Below, one piece after another: positions 1-13,878 of a stretch of 64,000 nucleotides of DNA. How positions within the stretch are numbered: the first letter of the stretch is position 1; each line of letters begins with the position of its first letter. The stretch spans positions 27,838,001-27,902,000 of the forward strand of contig NW_026262668.1 in the NCBI RefSeq assembly GCF_021869535.1, in the 5' to 3' direction. This stretch comes from Mytilus californianus (lineage: Eukaryota). The notes under the pieces are model-generated. The model was not told the origin of the DNA and made no database searches. It worked only from the letters and a program-made list of their open reading frames with translations. The translations under genes were made by a program, and so were the position numbers.

Positions 1-119
1 AATATCGAGTATTTCCATACAGATACAAGCCATACCAATTCTAATCGTATATTTTGTGTTTAAAATGAGTATTAACTGATTTAAAGCATAAATAAATTAT
101 CGAAATGGATGGAAATTAC

Positions 120-1751
120 CTGACTGCTCGTTCTCTGTCGGATGCATCATGACCGCCTTCTGAACCTTTAACAACATCCATATAGCCAAAGGTTTCAAAA
201 AAGCCCTGTAAATATCAAAATAATACATGTACCAATACATTACTGCATTTTTATGTCCATATAATAAATATCCGTATTTATCAACTGAAGGAATAGAATC
301 TCTATCGCATAATGCCGAAAGGTTATTGAATTGCCACAATGTTTTGTTTTAAAAACATAATGAAGCATTTTGAGCTTGCTTTTCGGTATGATTATTTTTC
401 GCACTGGCTAAGTTTACTCTCAGAAAGCTATTTAACGCCATCAAATGGTATTTAAAAGTCTCTGTTAAATCTGTTCTCAATGTTTTAGATCTCCTTCCTG
501 TCTGTATTCTTTAAATACATGTATAGGTAATTTTTCTCTATTTTTGATCTGTTTGTCCATTATTCTCTATTCTTCATGTTTTAGCACCCTTTTATTCTCT
601 ATTCCTTATTTTTTTTGCCTATTTGCTCTATTTTTTATTGTTTGTTTGCACATTTTTCTCTAACCTTTGCCCATTATTCTGTTTGTAAACCCCATCCAGA
701 CCCTCCAAAACAGAGTAGTAAAAATTTATAAAGACTGCGGAGGTTGCATGCGACCTTTGATGTAGCATAATAACATAATTATATGAACCGAAGAAATTTG
801 CTTCATATCAAAATGTATATCATGTTACATATTTCAAAGTACATGAAGTTTCATTGTTATTTTTTTCCATTAATACACAGGGCTCTATTAGTTTGTATTC
901 CCTTGTAACGGTGTGAACATGCATATTTTCTACTGCAATCCTTAAAAACCCAAACTAACTAAAAGGACTTTAATAGATTAGCAAAATAATTTAATCATGC
1001 AAATTCACGAGGAGGAAAACCAAAGATTTGAAAACTTTTCTTAATTTATTAAATAAATGTTTGTTTAAAAGCTTGGTCATTTTTTGTTTTCTTGTCTTTC
1101 ATTTTTGCGACTGTCATACAAGTGGGAGGTTTAGCTAGCTATAAAACCAGGTTTAATCCACCATTTTCTACACAAGGAAATGCCTGTACGAAGTCAGGAA
1201 TATGACAGTTGTTTTCCATTCGTTTGATTTGTTTGAGCTTTTGATTTTGCCGTTTGATGAAGGACTTTCCGTTTTAAATTTTCCTTGGAGTTCGGTTATT
1301 TTTGTTATTTTACTTTTTGTGAGGTATTGTAAATATGCCTGCCTGTTTTTAAATTGGAGTGTCATTTTTTATAGTCGACTGCGTATTTGATTTATTACAA
1401 AATGCTAAAAAATTATTTTTGAGTTATTGATGGTAAAATAATAATAAAACAACTCTAAAATATAAAATGATTACTTACATCAACCTGGAAATCGTCTTGT
1501 CGCTTTGTTCTAGAGAGAGTATCGCTATCTTCTGTTAGCAGAAAGCCCGGCAAAATTGCAAAAACCAAACTTATCTTAAGAAACATGCTGGACAGCATGG
1601 TCATATATCAATGTCGCTAAGCCGATCGAATTTTTGTTATTTATATTCTCCAGTGACACAATATAAGTAGGTACCTTAAGTACTGTTCCGGTGTCGTAAA
1701 TACATTGTCGGCTAGAGTGTTTTCACATTTCAATTTTACCGAACCTACACC
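120..1751 (-). CDS. Three in-phase internal exons of an unidentified gene running off the left edge
   Basis: Exons 1751-1675 (phase 0-2), 1509-1479 (2-0, donor GTAAGT) and 205-120 (0-2) join without stops: GVGSVKLKCENTLADNVFTTPEQYLRTKRQDDFQVDGFFETFGYMDVVKGSEGGHDASDRERAVR. Family not recognised. Confidence 0.5.
1105..1320 (+). repeat. Abundant interspersed repeat of about 200 bp (family A)
   Basis: Further copies at 12506-12702 (+), 55590-55812 (-) and 60015-60207 (+); shared ccaagtcaggaatatgacagttgttttccattcgtttgat core. Confidence 0.85.
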
Positions 1752-2505
1752 CTAGGAAAATGAAGATCTGTACTAGATAATACTTAAAATGTACTTTAGG
1801 ATGTTATCTGTTATAATTATTACCCCTTAACACTATGTCAGAATAGCATGCTGCGCGTTTGAAGTGAGAGAACGAAATTACCTTGCGATTTCATAAATGA
1901 AAAAACATACAAAAAGTATAATGCGATTCAGGTGCAAATAACAAAAACAAATGAGATGAATTCTGAAATAAAACTTGAATTTCAAATTTTGAGTATCGAT
2001 TGTAGTCCAAAATAGTATTTTGAATTATCTTTAAAACAGAAAAAGATGAAAAGTTTTGTTGCTTCACATGCTTGTGTTTGCCGCTCCTTCGCCACACCAA
2101 TATTTATTTTTACTTTTGTATTTTGTGTTGCAGAATTAACATTAATACACTAAGATTATACTGGGTTTTTTTTTTTTTTTTTTAACGTAGTTTTTTTAGC
2201 CATATATCTTGGGTTTTTCAAAATAAGATTTTGAATTTTAGTTGTCTCAGTTCACAACTCGGATAAAACAATTTATCGGGAAATAAATTCATTGTTATGC
2301 AAACTAGTCTATTGACATCTATGAATTCCTGTTGTCACCAGTTTTCTCGAAATAACAATTTTGTCGTAGATTTAATCTTCTAACAGGATACTCATGAAGT
2401 ACTACTCACTAGACATCTTTATCCAAACTTTGAAAAAGGAGGAAGAGTTTAGATAAAAAAAAAACAAGTTGGTAACCTGATCAGCAGTTGTCGTATGTCG
2501 TTATA

Positions 2506-2645
2506 TAAATAACACATAGCTGAGAGGATGATAGAGCAGATTGTTATCCCGAGAAAACATTGTCAACCGAGGCGAAGACAAGGTTGACAAGGGTTTTTCG
2601 AGGGTACCAATCTGCTCTATCTCCCTCTCAGCTATGTGTTATTTA
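2506..2645. repeat. Fold-back (whole-length palindromic) element
   Basis: Arms of about 63 bp, TAAATAACACATAGCTGAGAGG... / ...CCTCTCAGCTATGTGTTATTTA; apex CCGAGGCGAAGACAAGG. Confidence 0.8.
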
Positions 2646-5117
2646 ATTATTATACTGATTGTTCTATCATTATTGTCTTTTATCAAATTTTAAATGGAAA
2701 ATACTTAGCTATGACGTCATGTATATAACGTTACAGTTATAAGAAAAACAACAAAAGTGAAGCAAGATTTATTTTTTTATTTTGACAGTCTATGAAAAAG
2801 TTCTGAGGCCAAAACGTAGATTGTAGCATTGTCTTTAAAACTATTGATGTAAATCCACTTCATTGTCCTTTAAATTATCGATTTTTGATTGGTCTGCATG
2901 ACAGGGTGACATTCAAAAAATTGTCTCCCGCTGAGCAATGGGATAGAGTAAATTACTCCCTCGTATTAGCAAATCAAAATCTGGCATTTTAACGTGAAGT
3001 ATAATAAATCTTAATATCTTTCGTTATTTTGAAAAATTGGATCTTTGATTGTTTCTGTCAAGTTTATTCACAACGTCCATAGACTCGGGTCGATTTAGAG
3101 CTTGAAATATTACATAGACACCAGTTTATTGTTGAGACTGTATGTTGCCCTCTAGATGTATTTTGATTATTTTTGTCTCATTGCTGTATATCCCAGATTT
3201 CATTCATGTTAAATGACCACGAGCTAACAAGTGTTATGTCTTACATGGGATTGTAATGAACTGTGACAGCATTTTCTTATTCTATTCTAAATATAAAGTT
3301 TTCGATTGACGCAATTTGAGCAAAAGTTACTTCCCTTTACGGTCGCCATATTGGAGGAATACGTGCACAATTTCCTTCATAAATCTGTAAAATTCAGTAA
3401 CTTGACTGTCATGCTGCAGCTAGTCTTTAGAAAAAGAGGTTTTCTCAACAATTTTAATTTGTTTTAGCCTTGTTCAATTCATCACTACGAATTAGTAAGG
3501 ATATCTTATCAGATTTGTTTGTACATGTTTCGATTTGGTTAGTCAAATAAAAAAATCAACCATTTACACCTCGGAAATGACGGCCAAGGGACGTAACACA
3601 AAATCAATTTAAATCATATCGAAACCGATCTTGAAATCCATTTGCCACTCAATGATCAAGTGCAGTCTTAAGTCATATTTGTTTACTAGTACTCTTACAT
3701 GAGATAAACATCATTTCGGATACTTATAAAGACGACGTACTCTTCTTCCTGTAGCTTACAGTGCGTAACCCGTTTAATCTGTTTACCTTTATCATAATGC
3801 ACTTAAAACTGAACGCATATTCTTCCCGCCTTCCTATTTTAAGATTTTTTTTCTTTTTTCGTATAGGATACACACATGTAATAATATAAAATACAAACAT
3901 TAAATTGTAACCATTGTAAAAGCATGCATATGTATTTTATACGATCCATGATGCGTCGGTTTATGCCCGTCAAGGTATTTTTTTTTTTTTTCTGGTGGTG
4001 GGATTTTTTTTTTTTTTTTTCTGGTCCGAAGTACAGTTACGAAGTACAATTTACCTTGATGAACTAAACATTCAAATGTTGTAACTTTACATTCGAAATT
4101 TTACAAGCAGGTTTTCTTTCAAGTATTCTTTAAAAAAAATATGGTGATTTGGCTAACAGGTTATAAAGAGGTGAATTCAATAGGGTAAAAATATCCTTTT
4201 TGGGCATAGAAACCGTAAAAATAACTATAAGGGTCGCGCTCTCATCCTTGATTAACCTCAAATCCTTAAACAAACTGACTAGGAAATTAATTAAAAAAAA
4301 TCACATTTAGGTCAAAGCGAAGTTTAGACCTATATGTGTTAACTTCTATGTCATTTGGTCTCTGGTGGAGTGTTGTCTCATTGGCAATTACTAATATATT
4401 GATACTGATACTGAGGAATATGATCCTTTGCAGTATAATGTATTGCACTCGAAAGTTTGTGCAAAACGATATAAGCTTATAAAAAATATATGTTTGAAAC
4501 CATATTCCTAAATATGCGACAGCAAGACCCAGACTATGGTGTTCATTTGGATGTGCAGGATGTATAAGGCACACAAGTCCGATCGCAATGGTTACTTTCA
4601 CTGCGGTGTTAATGTTGGAAGAGTGTTACGCTATTTACATACTAAATCTCCTCACAAGAAATGTATGTGGTTCATCGGTGACATTTTGCAAAGCAATTTT
4701 TGTTGTCCCTACCAAACATTTGCTCTTTTAAGCTATGTCAGTCCAAGATTCTCACCATCCATCCGGTTGACCCATTTTACATCACAGCAAGCAAACAGCT
4801 TGATTTACCCTATTGTTGGCTATCTTTAAATTTGGCTGGTAAATCTTGGGAGCGTTTCATGTAAATATTATCAAATAAATGGATAAGTGCGGTTGAAATA
4901 AAAAGTTTATCAAAATATCCAGAACCGATTCAAATGCACAAAAAAATAGAGAGATGAGAATGATAAATATTTTAATCATACAAACTTCGGTACAGCAGTC
5001 ACAAAACGACTATCAAAATAAATATTCTATATATAAATATTATATGAATATAAGCAGAAATCTCAAAATTAGATATTTAAAAACCACAAAGCTATGTAAC
5101 ATGTCAAATTTCTCTAT

Positions 5118-6125
5118 TCACGAGACGTTATGGATTGTCTGGTATGAACGGGATGATTTAAAATGCCTAGCTGAATTTGTCATAGAATTGCTAACTTTGA
5201 ATTTTGATGCTAATTTAACAAGCTTATGTAGCTGAGATTTGTTGTTCTGCATTTTACAGAAATTGTCAAAGGCACTGACTAATTTCTCTTTGTCATTTTC
5301 ATTTTCGTCTCCTGTCTTGTTTACTCGGTGATTGTGTTGAACTTGTGAGTTGAAGTATTCTTGCTCTTTGATGAATTCTTTAACCTTTTCTTGTAGAGTA
5401 GCTTTTTTCTCTGATGGTTCGCTATCGTTTTCAAACCTTACAGATTTTTGTCTTGCCAACTTTGGACGACGTGAGTCAGAACTTGCAGAATGTGAGTTAG
5501 ATTTGCCAGACTCTGTTCTTCTCATAGATATATATTCTGTATTAGATCTTCGCAAAGATGGTTTTTCAGGACGTGTTTTGTCTACTTCTATTATAACTGG
5601 TGGTAATTCGTCATTTCTTTCAGGGAATTCTGTAATATAAGTAAAATCACTTCTTTTGGTGCCTGAGGTTTTCTTTTTGACCTGACTACTCAACTGTGGG
5701 AACTTAGTATCATTTGTATCTGATTTTCTTCTGTATGACCCTAAACTATTTGGTAAAGGTTCGGATTGTGCCCTCTTTTGGTTTTCTAATACTTCATCCC
5801 TTATTTTATTCAGTGCATCTGAAAATGATCGACGATTTAGGATTTCTTTCCGCAGGTCGACAGGAAAATTATCCAGAAAACGTTTAGCTTTCAATATATA
5901 GTAGTCGGTAGCTTTTTGACCAAGATGATGCTTTTCCAGTTGTAAGTGTTTCAGGAATGAATTTTGTTTTAATTCGTATCTGGTAACCTCGTCTTCACAC
6001 TTGGAACCAAGTGATATGTGTTGTTTCGATAGTAAATTGGTTTTTCTTGGTGCCAATATTAATTCAATATTGATGCTATGGTCTTGCCATGAAAGGTCTC
6101 GTGTTTTCAGACAACATAACGACAT
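5118..6125 (-). CDS. Uncharacterised 335-aa Ser/Lys/Arg/Glu-rich, probably largely disordered protein
   Basis: Longest ORF in the window. Acceptor ttttttatctttttag lies 8 nt before the ATG and a G|GTAAGT donor at 6693 suggests a 5'-UTR intron. No recognisable domain. Confidence 0.75.
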   Translation of the reverse strand: MSLCCLKTRDLSWQDHSINIELILAPRKTNLLSKQHISLGSKCEDEVTRYELKQNSFLKHLQLEKHHLGQKATDYYILKAKRFLDNFPVDLRKEILNRRSFSDALNKIRDEVLENQKRAQSEPLPNSLGSYRRKSDTNDTKFPQLSSQVKKKTSGTKRSDFTYITEFPERNDELPPVIIEVDKTRPEKPSLRRSNTEYISMRRTESGKSNSHSASSDSRRPKLARQKSVRFENDSEPSEKKATLQEKVKEFIKEQEYFNSQVQHNHRVNKTGDENENDKEKLVSAFDNFCKMQNNKSQLHKLVKLASKFKVSNSMTNSARHFKSSRSYQTIHNVS

Positions 6126-9100
6126 GATCAGATCTAAAAAGATAAAAAAAAAACATTGATGAGAATTTAAAAGTCCTTGTCTGCCTGAAACGAACGAAGA
6201 AAAGTAAAGGAAGAAAAAAATCTAGGTGCAATCAAAACACATAATTCAAGAAAGACAGATAGAATCATTCCAAATGAGGAAGGACAAACAAACGATCTAC
6301 ACAAAAACTACACAGAAAACAAAATATTGAGCAACACGTACATCACAAAAAAACAATCATGAACTCGGGTTCTTCAGAAGGTTAGGAAACCAATGATATC
6401 TTTTGCATCAGAATATATGGGCCTGTTTATATGTAATACGGACATTTTTCGTAACGGTTAATGAAACCTACGATCTCACGTTTATTGACAGGGATTGTCA
6501 CCAAAGTGACAACATCCTTAAAATTAATTTGAATTTCGTTGAATTTATAGATTAGATATACAAACTTTATTAGTGTGCATTTCAAGCGGCGTTGAAATAG
6601 AAGTACTTTTTTTCTCTCTCAAATTTTTTTACAGATAGCACTTGTATTACAAACGAACTTAAACAGTCTTTGGTTTGGAGATTATCAACTTACCTTGACT
6701 TGTCCGTGTCAGTGTTACGAATCTTTATTTGAAATGTGTAATATTCGGTTATATTAAGTCAGATTAGAATTGCTGATCATTATTCAATGAACTAGTACCC
6801 GCAATGATACAAACAATTAGTACTGGGAATACGTATATGTATGAAAATAATAAGACGTTAATCCAACGACATACATGTAATAGCTAGCAAATTACAAAAC
6901 ATGGCTAATTTACCGTGATATCCTAAATCGACGGGATTTATTTAATTTTAAATGCATTCTGATAAAACATACATAATATAACATCACAATTACATTTCAA
7001 TACATCAGTAGTAGTATAATATAGCAGACAGCCTTTAGAGGCTTATGAAACACTAACAATATTCATACAAGCATATAAACATTCAAAGAAAAAATAAAAA
7101 CTATAAATTAATCTTTTTGAAATCTGAGGTTATTATAATTGGTTAAAACAGCTTATGTTTCTGGGTTGTTTTTTTGTTTTTTTTTGTTTTTTTTTTGGCA
7201 TTGTTCTATTATATCATTGCATAAGTGTAAAAATGTTTTAAAAAAAAGCAGAAATCTCATTTTAAGTAGAATTGTCTGTAATGTCTATGTATCCATATCC
7301 ATATATAGATATACTGGGAAATCATTATAAGCAGTTAATATACGGAATGGGATATTATTAAACTTTCTGAAGCAACCCGAATTTATGGGAGTATGAATCG
7401 AGTACGCGTTTAGTGTTGGGCGCTGTTTGAATGCGAGTTACATGATGTCGTTATGGTTTATTGTTTATAGATCTTTGTCTTATGATTTCCTCAATTTTTA
7501 TTTTCCTATAGATTTTCGATTTTTTAATTTTTTTTAAGTTAAACAGTCTATTCGGTACTTTATTTGTCTTCTCACAAGAGCCTATACATATTAAGTAGAT
7601 TTGTAACGTACCTTGACCTATAATGGTTTACTTTTATAAATTGTAACTTGGATGGAGAGTTGTCTCATTGGCACTCATACCACATCTTCCTATATCTTGT
7701 AACATAGAAATATAGCACTTCTCCCATAAAACAATTTTACACAAAAATGAACTTGACATATTAATAGAAACAAAACGCTGTAATACAAAAAGTTAAGAAA
7801 TTAAAAAGTATATTTAATAGGAATAGAAAGATGTAAATCGATTTACTTTGTACGTCACGAGTCATCAAAAGTTGAAAATTGGGTTAACAGAAACATTCAA
7901 TGATATGCCAAAAATATATTCATACATGTATTCCTTAAAATACAAGAATATAAAGATACATGTATTACTGAAGAAAACCATTGACGATATTCACTACCCG
8001 GGTCAGACACACGCGACTGGGTAAACTGTTTTTAACCATTGTCAAACCTCTCCCTTCAGATTCTGATCAATGAAACTGAAAAAAGGGATATTTGCCAATG
8101 AGACAATCTAAGCTATATGCTTGTATGCAACTACAGGTTACCGTACGACCTTCAACAATGAACACAACCCGTACCGTATAGTCAGCTATAAGAGGCCCCG
8201 ACTCTGCAAAACAATTCAAACGAGAAAACCAACAACTTGATTTATGACAAAACATTAGACGAAAAACATATATTTCCATTAAGTCAGGACGAAACTTTTC
8301 TGAAGAGGTCTTGTAAATACCTCGATTTGTCAGAACCGCTGGGGTGCAAATGAATGAACGATACAGTTAAAAGGAAAACGTAAGTGTAAAATGTACCTGT
8401 AAAGTCCCTTTCCATCGAAGCAAGATAGTTCTCAAATTCCTACTTGTTTTTTTTTCACTGTTGTGGAGTGAACGTAAATTAGATAAAACAAAACGACACA
8501 CAAAAAAAAATACCCACAAGGCAAGACCCATTGGTGGCCTTCGGCTGTTGTCTGCTCTATGGTCGGGTTGTTGTCTCTTTGACACATTCCCCATTTCCAT
8601 TCTCAATTTTATCTAATTTGGTTTTCAGACTTTCTGCACATAAAAAAGCTTCCATCAAAATATTTTCAAACTTCTAACCTAATAAGGTTTAAATACATAA
8701 CGTGCATACCAAACTAGATATTGAGTATGGATCTAATGAATTATACAAATATTACCCTATCAGACTATAATTTTTAATTGTTTTAATTGCTTTCTAATTC
8801 GTTAAGGAAATATTTAGACACATTAACAAAATATTAACATTTACCTTAGCATATACGAATCAAACGTTGTCCATTCTTAACTTTCCTCTTATTTTAACTT
8901 TTAATCGCTATGCCTCTCCAGTATACATTATAATCCTACTTGACACATATCTATCGATATTAAATACTAATTAAATTGAATCATAAGAAAAGATTAAATA
9001 ATAAGAAAAGATTATCATACAATTATTTGTTTAAAAATCTAAGCTCAGAACAAAAGTAGGTGTGAATGTGATTAAATTTTAGAAAGTAATAATCTTCTTT

Positions 9101-11094
9101 CAAAAATCTGCACCTTTTGGGGACTAGTAAAGTAGAAACAGTTGAGACAAGAACTAATATACGTACACTTGGAAGCTTCGAAGGTTACGTCACCCCATGG
9201 ATGACCCCATGGTCTACTTAAGATTTGATATTTTTGCACTTTCTTTTGACCATTTATAAATTCGTTTTGTCAATGAAAAATACAGTATTACCATTGCTTT
9301 CTATCAACTTATTTATTTAGTTGTCATCTTCTGTAGTACCATAATTGTCAATGTTCTTTGGAACTGATGTTTAGGTAACATACAATTTAGAAAATTGCCG
9401 TGTGCATGGGTCTCAATCTGAAAGGCATGGCTTTACTATAAACTGTAAATTAAGAGGAAACTTCAAAATCTAAAACCTGACATCACAAATTTTTCGCAGA
9501 CTTAATCTAATAATAATCAGAAGAAAATTAACGATACAGACATTGAAAATAACAATAAAACTGAAAATCCCCCTTAGTAAAAGTAGGGCAAAATTTACCC
9601 CCCCTTTTTTTCTTGACATAACAAACAAAACAGGCAAACAAAAAAGACTGGAGATATATCTGGAGAAGATAAAGACTAGGTTGCTCTTTTATATCGCCAT
9701 TTATCCTTCATGCTGGGTAGCGGGAGACATGAAAATGCGCCTCGTTCTTGAAATAATGATTTTATACTTATTATGCAACAGTTTTATTACTACATGGGGG
9801 ACTAAATTTATAATTTATCTATCACTGGAAGAATAACGGACCAAACTGATTTCCCAACATTTGCTTCTGAATTCATGAATGTGTTAACTAGGCCATTCGT
9901 TCGAAGACTTAAAAGAATATATATCAGGCTACAAAACTGAATATAATTCTAATTGAGGTATATTTGTGTTCTGTTTGTGAGCTTCCAGCTCAGTTTTCAT
10001 ATTGATATATCCATAAATCAAGAAAGAAAAAAAGTTGTTTCATCCAATATTAAGTACTCGACATCGTTCATGGGTTACCATGTAGAATATGTATACTGAT
10101 AAAACGTCTGACGTGTGCTTTTGATACATTAATTTTAATTAACAACAAGTCTGCTGGATTTATTTGCGTTACCCGCTTTTTATATTTACCTTTTTATGTG
10201 GATCGTTGATATATATTTCTTCAGATAGAATTTTCTTATACTTTGCAATAATGTAGATTTTTCCATGCTTTTTTAAATATACGATAAAAAGTATGTGCCA
10301 CCGTGCTATTTTTTCAAGCTATAAGTCGTGCATACATTATTCATGAAAAAAACACTTTTTGTGAATAAAAAGAAATCTATTACATAGAAGGTCGGTATTA
10401 TAATATGCTTTAAGAAAATAAAAATAAAAATGGTGTCACCGAATTTGTTTTCTTGCTACAAGCAAAAAATGAAATATCATCAAAATTCCTTTATATATTT
10501 TTTACTATAAGTGTTATCTCCCCTTAAATGGATAAGTTGAAAAATTGATTCAAACAAAAACAAATATTTGGTATTTGTAAAAACAGTCTAAATAATGCAA
10601 TGAATTACTTATTTTTCTTTATTCAAATAAACTGTCTTACACATTAATTGCCAATCTGTCTCAAAATTTGCAGATTCAAGCAAAGAACAAGACCGATTGT
10701 GTACTGCTATTTTACAATCCAAGATAGCGGTATACAGTTAATCTAACTTTATGGGATCTTGTTTACCACAAGTCTTAAATAAAAAAAAACAAAGATTATT
10801 TTGTTTAGAAGTTAATAAAAAGGTATATAATAGATCATATAAATGATGTTGTTAATGCTGTAAAGGGATGCTGAATATACAATGGAAAACAAAAAATGTT
10901 ATGTTTCGAAATACATAAGCAGCTATATTATAGATCATATAAGTTATATTGTTATTGCTGTGCAGGGGGAAAGTTTGCGTAGTGTTAAAAAAAGAAACCA
11001 AGGTGGCAATTAAAAATCATAAGTCGCAGAAAAACGGAAAATACCATGACAAAATACAAAACAGCGAAAAGACAAAAAACAGCATACAAATGAC

Positions 11095-11390
11095 AGATGA
11101 CAACTGATATGTTCCAATTGTCGTAACTACAATCCCGTCCCCTTTCCCCCGAATGTGACCTACCGAATTAGATTATCACCTGGTTTGTACTAACATGAGC
11201 AACACAACGGGTGCAACATGTGGAGCAGGATCTGCTTACCCTTCCGGAGTACCTGAGTTCACCACCAGTTTTTGGTGGGGTTCGTGTTGCTCAGTCTTTA
11301 GTCTTCTCTGTTGTGTTTTGTGTACTGTTGTTTTTCTGTTTGTCTTTGTCTTTTTTAGTAATGGCGTTGTCAGTTCGGTATCTTTCGCCT
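11095..11390 (+). repeat. Interspersed repeat (family B)
   Basis: Matches 27895-28130 (-) and part of 48585-48625; shared acatgtggagcaggatctgcttaccctt core. Explains the similar spurious ORFs MQHVEQDLLTL and MSHVEQDLLTL. Confidence 0.75.
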
Positions 11391-12486
11391 CTCTTATACA
11401 AAACGCTACACAAAAAAACTAAAAGCCCGCAAATATCACCTTGGATGATACGATTCATAGAATATACACAATGATTTAATCTTGCACACAGATTTTATCG
11501 TAGAATTCGCGAAATTAAAACTCCTGAATATAAACCACTTAACAGCAAAGTGTTTTTCGCGTTGCAAACTGTGTGTCGGTTGACAATAATATTGTATTCA
11601 TTCAATTTTAATTGCCATTTTTTCCATGGTCGCTTACCTCTGGGCCTGGTAGCCCAGGTCAGATATTATTATTAAGGCAGCTACACGAATTAAGATTTTT
11701 TTAAACAGATATTATACAAAGTCGAAAATATCAACCAAGTCTTTTACTAATTTATGTTATTGATTTTTTTTTTGGTGTTTTTTTTTTTTTTGCAGTGGCA
11801 GACAAAACCTGGAGACAATCACAAACAAAAAGTCAAAGAGCAGCAAGCATCATAAACCTCGTCAATATTTATCTATGTCATTTCTTAATGTTTTTCTATC
11901 ATTTGGAGAGCTCAGAATTAATGGCACATCTTCGATTGTTTCTGTAAAATTTATTCACAAATTTTATAGACTCGGGACAATTTAGAGCTTGAGATGTCGG
12001 AGCCATTTCTCTCTTGTTGAAGACTCTTTGTTGCCCTCTAGTTGTCATTTGGGTTTTTCGTAGTTTGGCTTTGCTGCCTCATTGATGTATGAGCCACATC
12101 TCCTTTAATATTCACAATATCATAGTCAAAATTAAAATTTACCAACCAGGTTTTTTTTTAATTTTACGATAGACAATTCGAATCTCTTTCAGAGGTTAAA
12201 ATCTATGCAAGTCAATGAACGTATTGACGTTCGATTAACATTTCTGCGCAGGATATGTTCAAAACCAAAATTTCATAATGACAAAGATCGAAAGTTACAC
12301 ACGAAGTTGAATAATAAAATGGACCGTGAAAAAAACGATCCGATATAAGCGCAACCAATCTGAGAATGAAGTCACCTCAGTTTTTGTTTTATAAAATTAT
12401 CCGTAATAGATAATGGTTAATGCCGAATTATAGACTGATGATACTTTTGGGAACTATCAATGAAAAAAACACTATATAAATTCCAT

Positions 12487-12733
12487 GCGTCCGACGCGCT
12501 TTTCTATGCGGCTGTCATACTGTGAGAGGTTTAGTTAGCTATAAAACCACCATTTTCTACATAAGGAAATGTCTGTACCAAGTAAGGAATATGACAGTTG
12601 TTTTCCATTCGTTTGATGTGTTTGAGCTTTTGGTTTTGTCATTTGATAAAGGACTTTCCGTTTGGAAATTTCCTTGAGTTCGGTATTTTTGTTATTTTAC
12701 TTTTTTCTGGATTTACATTTATCAGGAACGCTC
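12487..12733 (-). mobile_element. Hammerhead-bearing retrozyme fragment split by a roughly 200-bp interspersed repeat
   Basis: 5' half (CUGAUAA...) at 12707-12733, 3' half (GAAA-AGCGC-GUC-GGACGC) at 12487-12505; insert 12506-12702 flanked by TTTTCT. Confidence 0.6.
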
Positions 12734-13691
12734 AAAGCCGAATATTTGAAAGCCAACATAAAAACTGAAAGTGTTGAAGAACTATATGTGACGAAAAAGG
12801 ACCTAAAAATAATAGCCAAATCAAATTGCTGTATCTGAACACAAACATTAGACCGCCATCGGCCTTCAACTTCAACACAATAATATATCTAGGTTAGAAG
12901 CAGCGCCTTTTGTATTCTTTGTTTGAAGTTTAAAATAAAGATATGAGGTATAATTGCCGATAAGATAACTATTCACTGGAGATCATTTCTAAAGGACAAG
13001 GATATAAACAACTATAGGGCGCTGTACGGCCTTCAACAATGAGCAAAATCGTATAGGAAACTATAAAAGACCCCTGGTGAAATAATATATGAAACAATTT
13101 AAAATCTGCCTAATTTATACTAGGAACAATACATGAAAAGCAAATTTGGCAGACAGCAACAAACGACAACCACTGAATTACAGGCTCCTGATTTAGAGCA
13201 GGCACATAACGAACGGGCTTAGATAAAGATGTTTTAAGCGCCCAACCTTCCATGTAACCTACGACATTGGTGTAACAACACAACATAAAAACAAACTTCA
13301 AGTTTCTTTTGATTTTCTCAAGCTGTGAGGTAATTGCAAATCATAAAACGTTAAGTGACTCATTCTTGGTTTTTATATTTGAAATGAAATAAGGTTAACA
13401 ATAAACATGGTTATTTTCTTAACGATTTGCTGAGCAAAGAGAAAAGTTATCGAGAATTTTAATGTGTGCCAATAGATCTACAAATGGGGACAGTTTGTCG
13501 ATAATGAAATTTCATTAGTAGTGAGATGATTTCGATGAATTTAACATTTTGCTTATCTTTGCGAACTTGTTAACACCAATATGATTCAAGTAAGAACCTT
13601 GCTAGAGGAATGAAGAAATCTATAGCGACTTTTTACTTTAAAGTTTTTTAAATAAATTTTATGCTTAAAGTACATTTTATTTTTTTATTTT

Positions 13692-13878
13692 TTATCCGTT
13701 ATGCAGTCTATACCACGTCGTTGCATTAGGAACTAGACCAGAGTTGCAACCATCACTCGTGCAACAAAAATGGCAATTGAAAGCGGATGGATTTTTGACA
13801 ACTCCATATCTTTTACAATAGTCCTCATCTGCGGTTTCTACTATCCATTCTTTTCTACATATACGGTCTGTGACACAC
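13692..13878 (-). CDS. Gene 1 terminal exon, LU-like domain 4 C-half
   Basis: Phase-2 exon CVTDRICRKEW...CHFCCTSDGCNSGLVPNATTWYRLHNG-stop; AATAAA immediately downstream on the minus strand. Confidence 0.9.

Noticed and set aside
2410-2427. 18-nt candidate micro-exon with a good acceptor and GTGAGT donor
   Set aside because: Cannot be joined in phase to the 1751 exon without a further exon I could not find.
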